Notes: generated from the sequence alone by a model not told the origin. A stretch of 64,000 nucleotides of DNA from Squalus acanthias (GCA_030390025.1 CM059432.1:137146001-137210000), one strand, 5' to 3'; positions 1-12,970 are shown, counted from the stretch's first letter. Translations and numbers: made by a program.

Positions 1-386
1 CATTAACTCCAATACCCAAACTGTCTTTACAGAGGTTGAACCCACCTTCCTTCACAGCCTTTTCTCCCTTACAAGCCCAGACATGTTTTAAAATACCAAA
101 TCTTGATTTTTGCTCAAAATGTCCTTCGCTTAGGCCCCATGCACTTCACCACCCTGCAATAGTTAGAAACGAGTCCAAAGTCCTTTTTCTTAGGGTTTTT
201 CTTAGAGTTTTGGGGGATCTGTGAATTTTGAGAATCTTACAGATGTTAAACCGAGACCCTGTCTGCCCTCTCAGGTGGACGTAAAAGATCCCATGGCACT
301 ATTTTGAAAAAGAGCAGGGGAGTTATCCCCGGTGTCCTGGCCAATATTTATCCCTCAATCAACATAACAAATAAAACAGATTATCT

Positions 387-547
387 AGGCTGTTCCATCT
401 CCAGTTTTTTCCAGTTCTGACGAAGGGTCATCGACCTGAAACGTTAACTCTGTTTCTCTCTCCACAGATGCTGCCTGACCTGCTGAGTATTTCCAGCATT
501 TTCTGTTTTTATTTCTGATTTCCAGCATCCGCAGTATTTTGCTTTTG
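387..547 (+). mobile_element. Penelope-like element 3' (pLTR) fragment
   Basis: Nearly identical to the 3' end of the GIY-YIG element at about 60260-60376; 15-bp TSD taaaacagattatct at 372-386 and 548-562. Confidence 0.85.
413..449 (+). ncRNA. Minimal type I hammerhead ribozyme motif (Penelope-associated)
   Basis: AGUU-CUGACGA-A-GGGUC(AUC)GACCU-GAAAC-GUU-AACU: both core boxes, stem II, stem I AGUU/AACU, palindromic AACGUU in place of stem III. Confidence 0.7.
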
Positions 548-1178
548 TAAAACAGATTATCTGGTCATTATCACATTGCTGTTTGTGGGAGCTTGCTGTG
601 CACAAATTGACTGCCGTGTTTTCGACATTGAAACAGTGACTACACTTGAAAAAATACTTCAGTGGCTGTAAAGCGCTTTGGGAAATCCTGAGGTCATGAA
701 ATGTGCTATAAAAATGCAAGTCTTTCTTTATCACAGCTGTGATTTGCTCTCTGTTGAAAACACTTGATTAAAAAAATAAAAACAAAAATGCCTTTCAGAA
801 AGGCCTGAAGGATTTGAGATGGCTTTGAGTCAGAGTTATCTGATTACATTTATGAAAAGATCCCTTTAGACGTAGGGGGAAAAATTGGGTGGCGGCCCTT
901 TTGATGTGCGCAAATTGGCTGCCACGTTACTCACATTACAACAGTGACTACACTTCAAAAAGTACTTCATTGGCTGTAAAGCGCCTTGGGACATCCTGAG
1001 GTCGTGAAAGGCGCTATATAAATGCAAGTCTTTCTTTTTATTTTTCAATAGCCACAGAGGACAGACATACAGGTGACCTGCTCTCAGAACCCTGCCAACA
1101 CTGCTTGATAAGGAGTTACTGGGAGCTGTATGAGGGGAGCCTGGGGTAATCCACCCTTCAATGTTCCATCTCCCACTT

Positions 1179-1928
1179 GGGGCTGGATTTTCAATGACCC
1201 GTGGAGTCGGGTTTGGAGGCGTGTGGGGGTTTAAAGTTGCAGATTCAGGGGTCCCGACCCCATCCCGACTCCATTCCGCCTCCACGCAATTTTGACAAAA
1301 TCAGTCGCGGGGTTCCCGACTCCGTCCCGCCTCCAAGAGGCGGGAGAGGCCATTAAAGCCCTTAACAAGCCCTAAATTGGCTCTGTAATGCCATTTTTAA
1401 ACGTTTTAGCTAGTTTAACCCTTTTCCGACGTGAAGTATGCCTGATGTGAAACACGCCAGTGAAACCTGGCGGGAGCACAAGTGGATAGCTGACTATCAG
1501 CTGCAGGTCCACTATTACAACGGAGATGTGATGAAGGTGGTAGTAGTATTGTGATGAAGGTAGTAGTAGTATTAGGTCTGAAAGTCGCCTCTGATGCTGC
1601 TGCATTGAATGTCTTCAGAGACTGCCTGGGAGGCCTTGGTTGCAACTCTCTCTCTCTCTCTCTGATGCTGCTCATTTTGCATCCAGGTCCTCTCACAGCA
1701 AAGGCCAGGCAATCTCTGCAATGATGGTCCCTGCAATGATGACATCATCAGAGGCGACTTTCAGACTGAAACCACTAATTGGTTCATGGGTTCCCACATG
1801 CTGGAACTCAATTGCCCAATTAAGTGAAAATTGCATCATTCATCCACATTAATCTGGAGTCGGGGGGGGGGCAATACAAAATGCGGGTAACACGACCCCA
1901 ACCCGACCCCAAGACAAAATCCAGCCCC
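1179..1928. mobile_element. Harbinger-type MITE
   Basis: Perfect 13-bp TIR ggggctggatttt/aaaatccagcccc; cccgac/cccgcc subterminal motifs; no clean TSD seen. Confidence 0.7.
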
Positions 1929-3254
1929 TCTCTCTACTCCCCCCCCCATACATGACTGAAAAAAAGAAGGAACTTGCATTTATATATCGCCTTTCATGAC
2001 CATAGGATGTCCCAAAGCGCCATGTTTTTGCACAGAGAACCTCAAACAGGCGTTAGGCCCCTTATTTGCATATTCAAAGGGCCAATCGCTTGTTTCAGGC
2101 ATGAGCACTGGACGCCTATTTCAATTATACCTGGAATGCACTGCCTGAAAGGGCGGTGTAAGCAATAGTAACTTTCAAAAGGGAATTAGATAAATACTTG
2201 AAGGGGAAAAAAATACAGGGCTATGGGGAAAGAGCAGGGGGAGTGGGACTAATTGGATAGTTCTATCAAGATGCCGGCACAGGCACGACGGGCAGAATGG
2301 CCTCCTTCTGTGCTGTATTGTTCTATGATTCTATGATGCCAATATGTAGGGCGGCATGCTTCCTGCCCGCCACATTGGAGGTTTAGGCGCCCAGTTATCG
2401 CCTGGAATAAAGGGGCGCAGCACCATTGAAATCCTAGGCTTGAATCTCTTGTGGGTGCAAACAGAGAAATTTTCCAACCAGCGTGTTCATTCTTTCTCTT
2501 TATTCATTGCATACCTGGTAAGTGGAACTTTACAGAGACTCTTAATTCTCTCAACCTATGGACAAGGATCAGCCACTGAATTTACTTTCTCGGAATACAA
2601 ATTTCAGTTGGGAACACCTCTAATCTGCTCTGAATTACGCATTTAGATCAACATTTCATTTTACAATTCTTAGAAAGTAAAGACTAAAAAAATAGCAGGA
2701 ATATACGTGAATAGACAACAGATCAGTTAATATTTCAGATCCAGCCCTTTGTCCTGCTTTGGGTTTTCTGTGTTAATTTCAAAATTTCAGAGTAAATTTT
2801 GCGATCCTGGACTCCCAGTGGGAAAGTCACCCATGTTTGCGGGGCGGGGGGGGGGGGGCGGGCCGGAGGGTGGGAAGGCTAATTTTAATCTAACCCACTC
2901 AGCGTGACACTGACGGGATCAAATCAGTAGCCCGTTTTTCGACTCCGCTTCATTTTACTTTCCATTGACTGCGACGGAAAGTAAGAATGCGCAGGATGTA
3001 AAATTGGCTTTCCATTCGATTCCCCTCAGTTTGCCGCTGGGCAGGTTCGGTTACAATTACCCCCTTTTCAGAAGTCAGAGATATCAATGGGGGGCAATTT
3101 TAATGTAACCCGCCCATCGGGGATCGGGTGCGATGCTGGTTTTACTCCCCGCCCCCATTTTACTCTCCATTAAAGTCAATATTGGGCGGGGTGTGAAACC
3201 GGCATTCCGCCCAATCCCGTGGTTCCCCGATGGGTGGATTTTTTTGAATTTTTT

Positions 3255-3665
3255 TTTCGTATCTGGGATGTGGGCGTCGCTGGCAAGGCCAGCATTTTTT
3301 GCCCATCCCTAATTGCCCTTGAGAAGGTGGTGGTGAGCTGCCTTCTTGAACCGCTGCAGTCCGTGTGGTGAAGGTGCTCCCACAGTGCTGTTAGGGAGGG
3401 AGTTCCAGGATTTTGACCCAGCGACGATGAAGGATCGACGATATACTTCCAAGTCAGGATGGTGTGTGACTTGGAGGGGAACTTGGAGGTGGTGGTGTTC
3501 CCATGCGCCTGCTGCCCTTGTCCTTCTAGGTGGTGGAGGTCGCGGGTTTTGGGAGGTGCTGCCGAAGAAGCCTTGGCGAGTTGCTGCAGTGCATCTTGTA
3601 GATGGTACACACTGCAGCCACAGTGCGCCGGTGGTGGAGGGTGTGAATGTTTAAGGTGGTGGATG
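3255..3665 (-). mobile_element. CR1/L2-group LINE (second family) 3' fragment
   Basis: Matches the 3' portion of RT-encoding copies at 6095-7005 and 61007-62049 (gcccatccctaattgcccttgagaaggtggtgg). Confidence 0.8.
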
Positions 3666-3928
3666 GGTTCGGTTCAAATTAGCTGCCATCGTTACAGGTG
3701 CTGAAAATTTGCAGCGGTCGCATCCCTGTGTAAGCGCCAGGATGTGGCTTCTGGAAACCTCCGCCACTGACCCTGGCGGATGTTATGGGGCCGAGGGGAG
3801 GGGGGCCCCTTGGTTACATTACGATGGCAGGCACCTGCACCACTAGGGGGCGCCTCTAGCCTGCCCAAAGAGGCCGCAGTCTGCCGTGCTGGCTACTGGT
3901 TCTGGGGTGGGAGGGGATGGCAGGCGAG

Positions 3929-4203
3929 TAGGGTCGCCAACTCTGATTGGACGTATTCCTGGAGGTTTCATCACATGACCTCCCCTGCCTCCTACTGCCC
4001 CGCCCACTCAAACAGCCTTCCCCCACACCCTCAATAATTTCATAACTAATGAAGGAAAGTGTTCAAAGAAAATGAAAAAACACACAATTTGTTTTTAATG
4101 ATCATACGATTTTTCTCCTGGGTTTTTGCTCGCAGCAGTGTCCAGGAGATTAATCTTTAATTCCATGAAATTCTAGGACAATCCTGTAGTGTTGGCAACT
4201 CTA
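3929..4203. mobile_element. hAT-type MITE
   Basis: TIR tagggtcgccaac/gttggcaactcta; 8-bp TSD caggcgag/caggtgag; related copy at 14377. Confidence 0.75.
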
Positions 4204-4269
4204 CAGGTGAGCGGTGGGCCCCCACCCCGCCCCCCCAACCCTTCCCAGAATGAAGAGACAGATGCCCCC

Positions 4270-4690
4270 TTGGTCCGGCAACGTCTCGATTTTAAAATTC
4301 TCGTCCTTGTGTTCAAATCCCTCCATGGCCTTGCCCCATCCTATCTCTGTAACCTCCTCCAGCCCCACAACCCTCCAAGTTCAAGCCCCACTCCAGAGAC
4401 TTGAGAATTGCTCCTCCAATTCTGGCCACTTGAGCATCCCCGATTTTAATCGCCCCACCATTGACGGCCGTGCCTTCAGCTGCCTGGGCCCTAAGCTCTG
4501 GATTTCCCTCCCTAAACCTCTTCACCTCTCTCTCCTCCTTTAAGTTGTTCCTTAAAACCTACCTCTTTGACCCGTCCTAATATCTCCTTATGTGGCTCGA
4601 TGTCAAATTTTGTTTGATAATCGCTCCTCTGAAGCGCCTTGGGATGTTTTAATAAGTTAAAGGCGCTATAAAAATGCAAGTTGTTGTTGT
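4270..4690 (+). mobile_element. L2-like LINE 3' fragment
   Basis: Translation RQRLDFKILVLVFKSLHGLAPSYL and GRAFSCLGPKLWISLP; tail aaatgcaag(ttg)n. Confidence 0.75.
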
Positions 4691-5014
4691 TTTATCCCTT
4701 TATAAGGAGGCTGAAATGTCACTTAAAAATTCCCCTCCTCTTCAATGGTCCAGTCCACGATTAGACTGGGACTCTCTAGTGGGGATCACATCCATCATTC
4801 GGCAGCCTGATAGTACTGGTTTCACCAAGTGTGCTGGCCACCAGTGATACTAACAGGACAGAAGAGCCTTGCCTCTCCAGCCCCACCACCACCCTCGGCC
4901 AATGGACTTGTTTGACTACCTCCAGCGATGGCCAGAGGAAATTCCTGGGCAAGGTCGGGATTCAGATTCCCAGCCTAATTTGCAGAGCTATGGTGAGAGG
5001 GTCCCAGAATGTTT

Positions 5015-5460
5015 GAAAGAAAGACTTGCATTTCTATAGCGCTTTTCATGACCTCAGGATGTCCCAAAGCGCTTTACAGCCAATGAAGTACTTTTGAAGC
5101 GTAGTCACTGTTGTAATGTAAACGCAGCAGCCAAATTGCGCACAGCAAGCTCCCGCAAACAGCAGTGAGATAAATGAGCAGTTAATCTGTATTTATTTGT
5201 GATGTTGGTTGAGGGATAAATATTGGCCAGGACACTGGGGAGTACTCCCTGCTCATCTTTGAATAGTAACATAAGATCTTTTACGTCCACCTGAGAGGGC
5301 AGACGGGGGCTTCAGTTTAACTTCTCATCCGAAGAACGTCACCTCCAACAGTGCAGCACTGGAGTGTCAGCCTAGATTTTTGTGCTCAGGTCTCTGGGGC
5401 AGGAACTTGAACCCACAACCTTCTGACTCAGAGGTGAGAGTGCTACCCACTGAGCCACAG
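5015..5460 (-). mobile_element. Deu-domain SINE, near full length
   Basis: Reverse complement of the SINE body plus tRNA-like head (gtggctcagtgggtagcac...ggttcaagttc on minus strand). Confidence 0.8.
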
Positions 5461-6094
5461 ATGAACCCTAATTCACCAACCTGTGCTTGCTACCTGCTGA
5501 AAGCATGGGACCACAAATTGTACGTTATGAAGTAATACAATTTGTCATATTCTAACATAATTTCAGTAACCTACTTTTCTTCCATCTCTTAGATTCCCCC
5601 TCAGCTCCCAAACGAGGACAAGAGCCAAGCAGCCTCTTCCCAGGCCCATGCGAGTAGTAGATTTTCATCAAGGGCTAAGCGAAGCAGAAATAAGTATTAA
5701 AAGTTAACGTAATCTTCATTAGCCTCCTCTGGGCAAAGTGGCTAAGACTGTGAACTAGTTGTGTGGGCAAATCACAAGAGCAGAATCTGTATTCCACTAA
5801 TGTGTGACTCAGGGTATTAGTCAGCTCAAATGTCAGTGGGTTTTCTTTCCAAGTCTGTTCCTGAGTGAAAACATTACACTTTCAAAGCTTGAATCTTGAC
5901 TATCCCTTGCAATGTGCACTTGAAATTTAATTTTAAAAGACAATCAGCTTTCTGCTTTGCCTATTCTTTTATTTGTTTCCACCAGTTCAAATTTACCTGT
6001 CTCGATAATCAGTACAGAAACTAACAAAAAATCAACTTATCAAAATAACCGTGCCTCAAGTTGCTTTTTTATACATTGTTGGGACTCATGCTTT

Positions 6095-7005
6095 TTTTAA
6101 ATTCATTCATGGGATTGTGGACATCGCTGGCAAGGCCAGCATTTATTGCCCATCCCTAATTGCTCTTGAGAAGGTGGTGGTGAGCCGCCTTCTTGAACAG
6201 CTGCAGTCCGTGTGGTGAAGGTGCTCCCACAGTGCTGTTAGGTAGGGAGTTCCAGGATTTTGACCCAGCGACGATAAAGGAACGGTGATATATTTCCAAG
6301 TCAGGATGGTGTGTGACTTGGAGGGGAACTAGGAGGTGGTGGTGTTCCCATACGTCTGCTGCCCTTGTCCTTCTAGGTGGAAGAGGTCACGCGTTTGGGA
6401 GGTGCTGCCGAAGAAGCCTTGATGAGTTGCTGCAGTGCATCTTGTAGATGGTACACACTGCAGCCACGGTGGAGGGAGTGAATGTTTAAGGTGGTGGATG
6501 GGGTGCTAATCAAGTGGGCTGCTTTGTCCTGGATGGTGTCGAGCTTCTTGAGTGCTGTTGCAGCTGCACTCATCCAGGCATCCTGACCTGTGCCTTGTAG
6601 ATGGTGGAAAGGGTTTGGGGAGTCAGGAGGTGAGTTACTCGCCGCAGAATACCCAGCCTCTGACCTGCTCTTGTAGCCACAGTATTTATGTGGCTGGTCC
6701 AGTTAGGTTTCTGGTCAATGATGACCCCCAGGATATTGATGGTGGGGGATTCGGCGATGAATGTCAAGGGGAGGTGGTTAGACTCTGTCTTGTTGGAGAT
6801 GGTCATTGCCTGGCACTTGTGTGGCTCGAATGTTACCTGCCACTTATCAGCCCAAGCCTGAATGTTGTCCAGGTCTTGCTGCATGCGGGCACGGACTGCT
6901 TCATTATCTGAGGAGTTGTGAATGGAACTGAACACTGCACAATCATAAGCGAGCATCACCACTTCTGAATTTATGATGGAGGGAAGGTCATTAATGAAGC
7001 AGCTG
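6095..7005 (-). mobile_element. CR1/L2-group LINE (second family), RT C-terminal fragment
   Basis: ORF 6570-6962 ADKWQVTFEPHKC...LGVIIDQKPNWTSHIN, homologous to 61017-61841. Confidence 0.85.
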
Positions 7006-7016
7006 AGCGCATAACC

Positions 7017-7302
7017 TAGGCTGACACTCCCAGAGCAACACTGTCGGAGGTGCCGTCTTTTGCATGAGATGTTAAACCGAGGCCCTGTCTGCCCTCTCAG
7101 GTGGATGTAAAAGATCCCATGGCACTATTTCGAAATTTCGAAGAAGAGCAGGGGAGATCTCCCCGGTGTCCTGGCCAACATTTATCCCTCAACCAAGACC
7201 ACCTAAATCATTGCTGTTAGTGAGACCTTGCTGGGTGCAAATTGGCTGCCACGTTTCCTGCATTATAACAGTGACTACACTTCAAAAAAGTACTTGATTG
7301 GT
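7017..7302 (+). mobile_element. Deu-domain SINE fragment
   Basis: ggaggtgccgtctttt...tcaggtggatgtaaaagatcccatggc. Confidence 0.75.
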
Positions 7303-8069
7303 TTGCCAATAAGGTTGAAGCATTTGTACGCTGGCAAGGACAAATTAAAATCCAATATTTTGTAAAAAAAAAAGTATTGTCGAATGACACTGTTGAGAGT
7401 GGTGCATAGAATCATAGAAAGTTACAGCATGGAAGGAGGCCATTTCGGCCCATTGTGTCCGCGCCGGCCAACAAAGATCTATCCAGCCTAATCCCACTTC
7501 CCAGCTCTTGGTCCGTAGCCCTGCGGGTTAGAGCATCCCAAGTGCACATCCAAGTACTTTTTAAATGTGGTTAGGGTTCCTGCCTCTACCACCCTCTGGG
7601 TGAAGAAATTTCCCCTCAAATCCCCCTAAAACTTTAAATCTGTGCCCCCTGGTTTTTGACCCGTCTGCTAAGGGAAATAGGTCCTTTCTATCCACTTTAT
7701 CTATGCCCCTCATAATTTTATACACAATGAATATTGTATTCCAGAAACCATTAAAGGCTCATTTGACCCTGACAGCTGCTCACAGATCATCATACACAAC
7801 CTCATTAAAAACCAGAGTCTAACAGGCAAACAGTCATGACTCCTCCAGCCTGAAGGGAAGATTTATTTTTATCCTTAAACAAAACAAGCTGGGCTACAAT
7901 TCATCTCCTTAATTAAACATGATTCATGTGATATTGCTTCCAATTAGTTTCATCTCATCTTACTATCTCTCTCCAAAATTGCATGGATTCAGTTAACTCC
8001 TTTTTTCCACAGGGTGCAGTAAAGAACAGAGGCAATCGTCACACTTCCAACAGGTGGGTCAGCCATCGC

Positions 8070-9415
8070 ATGCTGCCTCTTGGCAACATCACCTACAGAC
8101 ATGTGGATCAGCTTCCCATACATATCAATGGCACCCAGCTCTACCTCTCCACCATTGCCCTCCACTGTCTCTGGATTCTCAAAATGCTTGTCCAGCAACC
8201 AGTCTTGGATGAGCCGTATGTTCCTGCGGGTAAAACAGTGGGAAGACTGAAGCCATGGTCTTCGGACCCCCCACCACAAATTCCATACCCTTGCCACCAT
8301 CACCATCCGCCTCTCCAGCCACTGTCTCAGGCTGAACCAGACTGTTTGCAAACTCAGGGCTGGATTTTACCAGCCCTGAGGAGGTGGGTCTGGAAGCGGG
8401 ACTTCTGGGAAAATCCCACAAAAATGGGAGCAGGTCCCAAACCCGCTCCCAACCCGCCTCCAACCAATCTTCCCGGGAGTCGGGTCCCCGATTTGCACAG
8501 GGTCCCGACTCCTAGAGGTGGGAAGAGGATTACAGCCACTTAACTGCCTGTTAACAGGTAGTTAACAGGCAGTTAAGAGGCTTTTTCCCATTTTTCCACT
8601 GCTGCTGCGGGCTTCCCGATGTCGGGGAACCCCGCCAGGGTAAGTGAGGCGTGATGTGGGTGTACTGTAATTTTTGTGTATATATGACAGCTGCAGAAGT
8701 GGTTTAAAGGATTCAATGGGACACTGGTGAGTATCAGAGGTAAGGAAAGTTATGAAAGTAATGTTTAATGTGTTTAGATGTTTCTGCAGGTGACAAGCTG
8801 TGAAGTGTTTGTGTAGGCTCATCTCATTGGGAGAAGTGACAGATGGCTTCTGCAATCTCAGCTGCAGCTGCCATCTGTTTTATCCGAAGGAGAGAGTAAT
8901 TGGAGAGCTTGGGTTCAAAGGCTCACCTTTGGACAGTGATTGTCAGTGTTTGACAGCACCTCAATGCTGTCAAACACTGTCAAATCATCTGTCAAACAAG
9001 TGTGGTGCATATGCCTTTAAGAAAACTGGCAGATAAAGCGTCATCAACTGACGTCATCAACTGACAAGGCCAATCAGGGGAAAATAGCGTCTGTTCGTCA
9101 GACGTCGCTGGGGGCGGGACTAGAACCCGAAAGGCAGCAGTCTCGCCCCCAACGTGCCTCTTCAGGTAAGATCCCTTTTGTTGGACCCTGAGCTCAGCTT
9201 CTGACCCCATATCCTCTCCATCACAATTCATGCCCACTTCCACTTCTATAACATCTCCAACCTACATGGGCACCCAGTCAACAGTAATGATTTGAAGTTA
9301 AAATTCTCATCCTTGTGTTCAAATCCCTCCGTGGCCTCACCCTTTCCTATCTCTGTAACTTCCTCCAGCTCTACAGCCCTCCAAGATCTCTGCATTCCTC
9401 CAATTCTGGCCTCTT
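8070..9415 (+). mobile_element. Degenerate L2-like LINE RT fragment interrupted by a MITE
   Basis: MLPLGNI...TQLYLST (decayed YADDTQLY region); resumes after the MITE with gaccctgagctcagcttc (DPELSF). Confidence 0.6.
8357..9174. mobile_element. Harbinger-type MITE (family 2), right end eroded
   Basis: Left TIR gggctggatttt; internal similarity to 13282, 35233, 49145 copies. Confidence 0.65.
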
Positions 9416-9991
9416 CAAAAAGTACTTCATTGGTTGTAAAGCGCTATGGGACGTCCTGAGGTCATGAAAGGCGCTACATAAATGCAAGTCTTTCTTTCTT
9501 TCTTTCTTTCTTTCTGAATATGAAATTTATTTCTCAGTAGGACAGTGCGTAACACTTGAGGGATTCCAATGTAAAAAAAAAGGAACTTCTCGGAACAGCC
9601 AATGAGATACTTCAAATTGACAACCAAGTGAAGAACACTCCATTTTACTGGGAAATAAAGGTTTGCAAATTAAAGTCTCCTGTCAGCATTTTGAAGAAGT
9701 GATGAATCCCCAGATTTGCGGAACATTAAATTGGTCCATGAGCTGAGTAACTGCTTGAGACTAAGGAATGAGTCATTAATTAGTGGACAGGAACTGGTTT
9801 CTAACAAAGTACACTTGGAGATTTCCATATTACGCTACATGTTTGAGATTCAATTAAAAAGATATTTTTAACAAAAACTTACATGGATATTTTTTGATTA
9901 AGCGAATGAACCTCCTCCACTTGAAGTCAGGCACTGATTAGTGTATGATATGTCTGGCAGAATTTGATTAACTGCCTACAACAGGACTTCT

Positions 9992-10728
9992 GGGCTAGAA
10001 ATTCGGTTGGTTAGCGCCTCCTATTAGCGCCTCCGGGGGGCGATAACGGGGCGCTAACGACTTACCGACCGGGCGCGGCGAGATGAACGACTCCCGCTAA
10101 CTTGGCCGGGAGGTTTGCGGCGGCGGTAACACTTTGCGCCACGATCTCCTGCGCCCGGAGATCATGACGTCATTGCCGTGCGCATCGCCCCGGTAGCGCC
10201 CTGGACTCGAACTTCGGTTCCGCCCCCTGCAGCATCGCCGGGCGAAAACACCGGCAGCTGCAGGAGGCGTTGTTCGGGAGGCCGGGAGCTTCGGAGGCGT
10301 AAATAAAAGGGGATGTTGGCGCGGGTAGGAGAAAAATGTTAACAATGCTTCAAGTGATTTTTTCGATTGCTCCTGGGCCGCGATCGATTAGCCCGGCGCT
10401 CTGCTGGAGTGCATGGGGCTGATCGGGCCGGATCACGGCTGCCGTCGGGGACCAGCTGACCGGTCCCAATGCAGAGCCTGCAGCGATGGCCCTTCCCTTT
10501 AAGGGAGGGAAGGAACCTCGGATCGCGTCAGCGCTGCACCACCACCACCCCGCCTGCCTCCTTTAGCGCTCCAGGAAGGAAGTAGAGCACTTGACTTAGC
10601 GCTCCACTTCCTTCCTGGAGCGCAAACACCGAATTTTGAAAAAGTCGGGCATCATTAGCGCCTGGCGCCAAGTTTCCCAGCTTTCAAAAGTTAGTGCCCC
10701 AAACGGGGCGATACCAAATTTCTCCCCC
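9992..10728 (+). mobile_element. Harbinger MITE (family 1)
   Basis: TIRs gggctagaaattcggt/accaaatttctccccc; TSD TCT; ends match the element at 30536-34778; tagcgcc repeats. Confidence 0.85.
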
Positions 10729-10892
10729 TCTGTGTTAGAATGATTCTGCATCGATCACAAGGTATTAATTTAGTTTCATAAATCATTAGCCCACAGTCAA
10801 AAAATGTTATTCCCCAGTTTTGGTCTGGGTATTTGACTGTTGTATCTGGATTAAAAGAATCAACAGCAGACTTCACATTTGAAAGGTATAAT

Positions 10893-12970
10893 GACCCAGA
10901 TTTTGCTGTAGCTAGGCATCTAACGGCATCTGCTGTTAGTTAGAGTTGCCCTTTGCACGTTTAGGTTTTTAAATATTTGGCGTGGCAAGTTGCTGAAACT
11001 GAGAGCTGATAACATCGCAGCGCGGGAAACCGGGCATCTGGGACCTGAGTGAACAGGGCAAGGGACGGCGTAACTCCTTAACCAATCCGATTGAAGGATT
11101 GTGAAACTAACAGCACAAGGGCTGAGAAGGAGGGTGAATTAGAGGGGGGGAATTCAATGTCGAATCAGGTACAGAAATAGAAATAAAGAGAGGGAAAGAA
11201 GATTGGATTAAGAGAGAGAGAAAGAAAAGACAAGGTGCCACACAAAAGATTATTGCTTAAGGTAAAAAATCACGGGATTGGGGGTAATATTCTGGCATGG
11301 ATAGAGGATTGGCTATCTAACAGAAAGCAGAGTTGGGATAAATGGTTCATTCTCAGACTGGCAATCAGTAACTAGTGGTGTTCCACAGGGGTCAGTGCTG
11401 GGTCCCCAACTCTTTACAATCTATATTAACGATTTGGAGGAAGGGACCAAGTGTAACATATCAAAATTTGCAGATGATACAAAGATGGGAGGGAAAGTAG
11501 TGAGTGAGGAGGACATAAAAAACCTGCAAGGGGACATAGACAGGCTAAGTAAGTGGGCAGAGATTTGGCAGATGGAATACAACACTGGAAAGTGTGAGGT
11601 GATGCACTTTGGCAGGAAAAATCCTAGAGCAATTTATTATCTTAATGGCAAGAAACTGGAGAGTACTGAAGTGCAAAGGGATCTGGGGGTCCTGGTGCAC
11701 GAAACTCAAAAGGTTAGTATGCAGGTGCAGCAAGTGATTAAGAAGGCAAATGGAATGTTGGCTTTCATTGCTAGGGGGATAGAATATAAAAATAGGGAGG
11801 TATTGCTTCAGTTGTACAAGGTATTGGTGAGACCGCACCTGGAATACTGCATACAGTTTTGGTGTCCTTACTTAAGGAAAGACATCCTTGCTCTCGAGGC
11901 AGTGCAAAAAAGGTTCACTCGGTTAATCCCGGGGATGAGGGGGTGGTCATATGAGGAGAGGTTGTGTAGATTGGGACTCTACTCATTGGAGTTCAGAAGA
12001 ATGAGAGGCGATCTTATTGAAACATATAAGATTGTGAAGGGGTTGGATCGGGTGGATGCGGGGAGGATGTTCCCGATGATGGGTGAGACTAGAACTAGGG
12101 GACATAGTCTTAGAATAAGGGGCTGCTCTTTCAAAACTGAGATGAGGAGGAACTACTTCACTCAGAGGGTGGTAGGTCCATGGAATATGCTGCCACAAAA
12201 AGCTGTAGAAGCTACATCATTAAATAAATTTAAAACAGAAATAGACAGTTTCCTAGAAGTAAAGGGCATTAAGGGTTACGGGGAGCGGGCAGGAATTTGG
12301 ACATGAGTCTAGGTTCGGATCCGGTCATGGCCCTGTGGGTAGTGGAGCGGGCCCAGGGACCGTGTAGCCTGATTCTGCTCCTATTTTGTGTGTGCAATTC
12401 TGTTAGATGCAGGAGATGGTTCTGTGATAGATAGTAGATTGGCGGTTAGGATCAGATCAGCCATGATCTTATTGAATGGCGGAGCAGGCTCGAGGGGCCG
12501 ATTGGCCTACTCCTGCTCCTATTTCTTATGTTCTTATGTTCTTATGTAAAGGAAAAGTTAAAAAAAAAATTGCATTTAACATTTTTAAATCTGCAACAGC
12601 AATTAATACCTGAAAGAATGAGACTCCACACTTAAATAATTAATTTTCAGTGCCAGAGAGGTTGACTGGCAGTAATTAACACTTATCACATCATTAAAGT
12701 AGTACTTAGACTTGAAATGACCTTCTGCAGCGAGTTTAGTTCATAGCTACCACGCAAATATAGCAACTTCATGCCATTCAATGATTTCCAATGGTGAGCA
12801 AGGCAGCGAGATACCATTTTCGTGAAGCTAACAGTGAAGTGGCGCATCTCGGACAGCAACTTCTGGAATTCTGCGAATCTGCCCCTCGCCCTAAGTTGCT
12901 GTAGCATTTGTGCATAAATATTGGTGGGCGTCATTAGCCTCGCCGTTACTTTGACAGCAAAATCTGGCCA
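10893..12970. mobile_element. Harbinger-type non-autonomous element containing a CR1 insertion
   Basis: TIR core ccagattttgctgt/acagcaaaatctgg; TSD AAT; related fragment about 62490-62750. Confidence 0.7.
11229..12547 (+). mobile_element. CR1 LINE, 5'-truncated, open RT C-terminal ORF (11395-12306)
   Basis: [24 protein letters not shown] motifs; (ttcttatg)n tail. Confidence 0.95.

Larger units (their letters stand above)
240..731 (+). mobile_element. Deu-domain SINE (SacSINE1-like), 5'-truncated, interrupted by a Penelope-like fragment
   Basis: gatgttaaaccgag...tcaggtggacgtaaaagatcccatggcactat...aaatgcaagtctttcttt; same sequence recurs near 905, 5015, 7017, 18620, 24660/26437. Confidence 0.8.

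Noticed and set aside
2790..3240. Short imperfect palindromic elements (also about 19145-19337, 28840-29101, 37640-38230)
   Set aside because: Probably old MITEs, but ends and TSDs too decayed to define
5395..5460. tRNA gene
   Set aside because: tRNA-derived SINE head contiguous with the SINE body
7983..8543. 186-aa ORF as host gene
   Set aside because: Chimera of decayed L2 RT and MITE sequence
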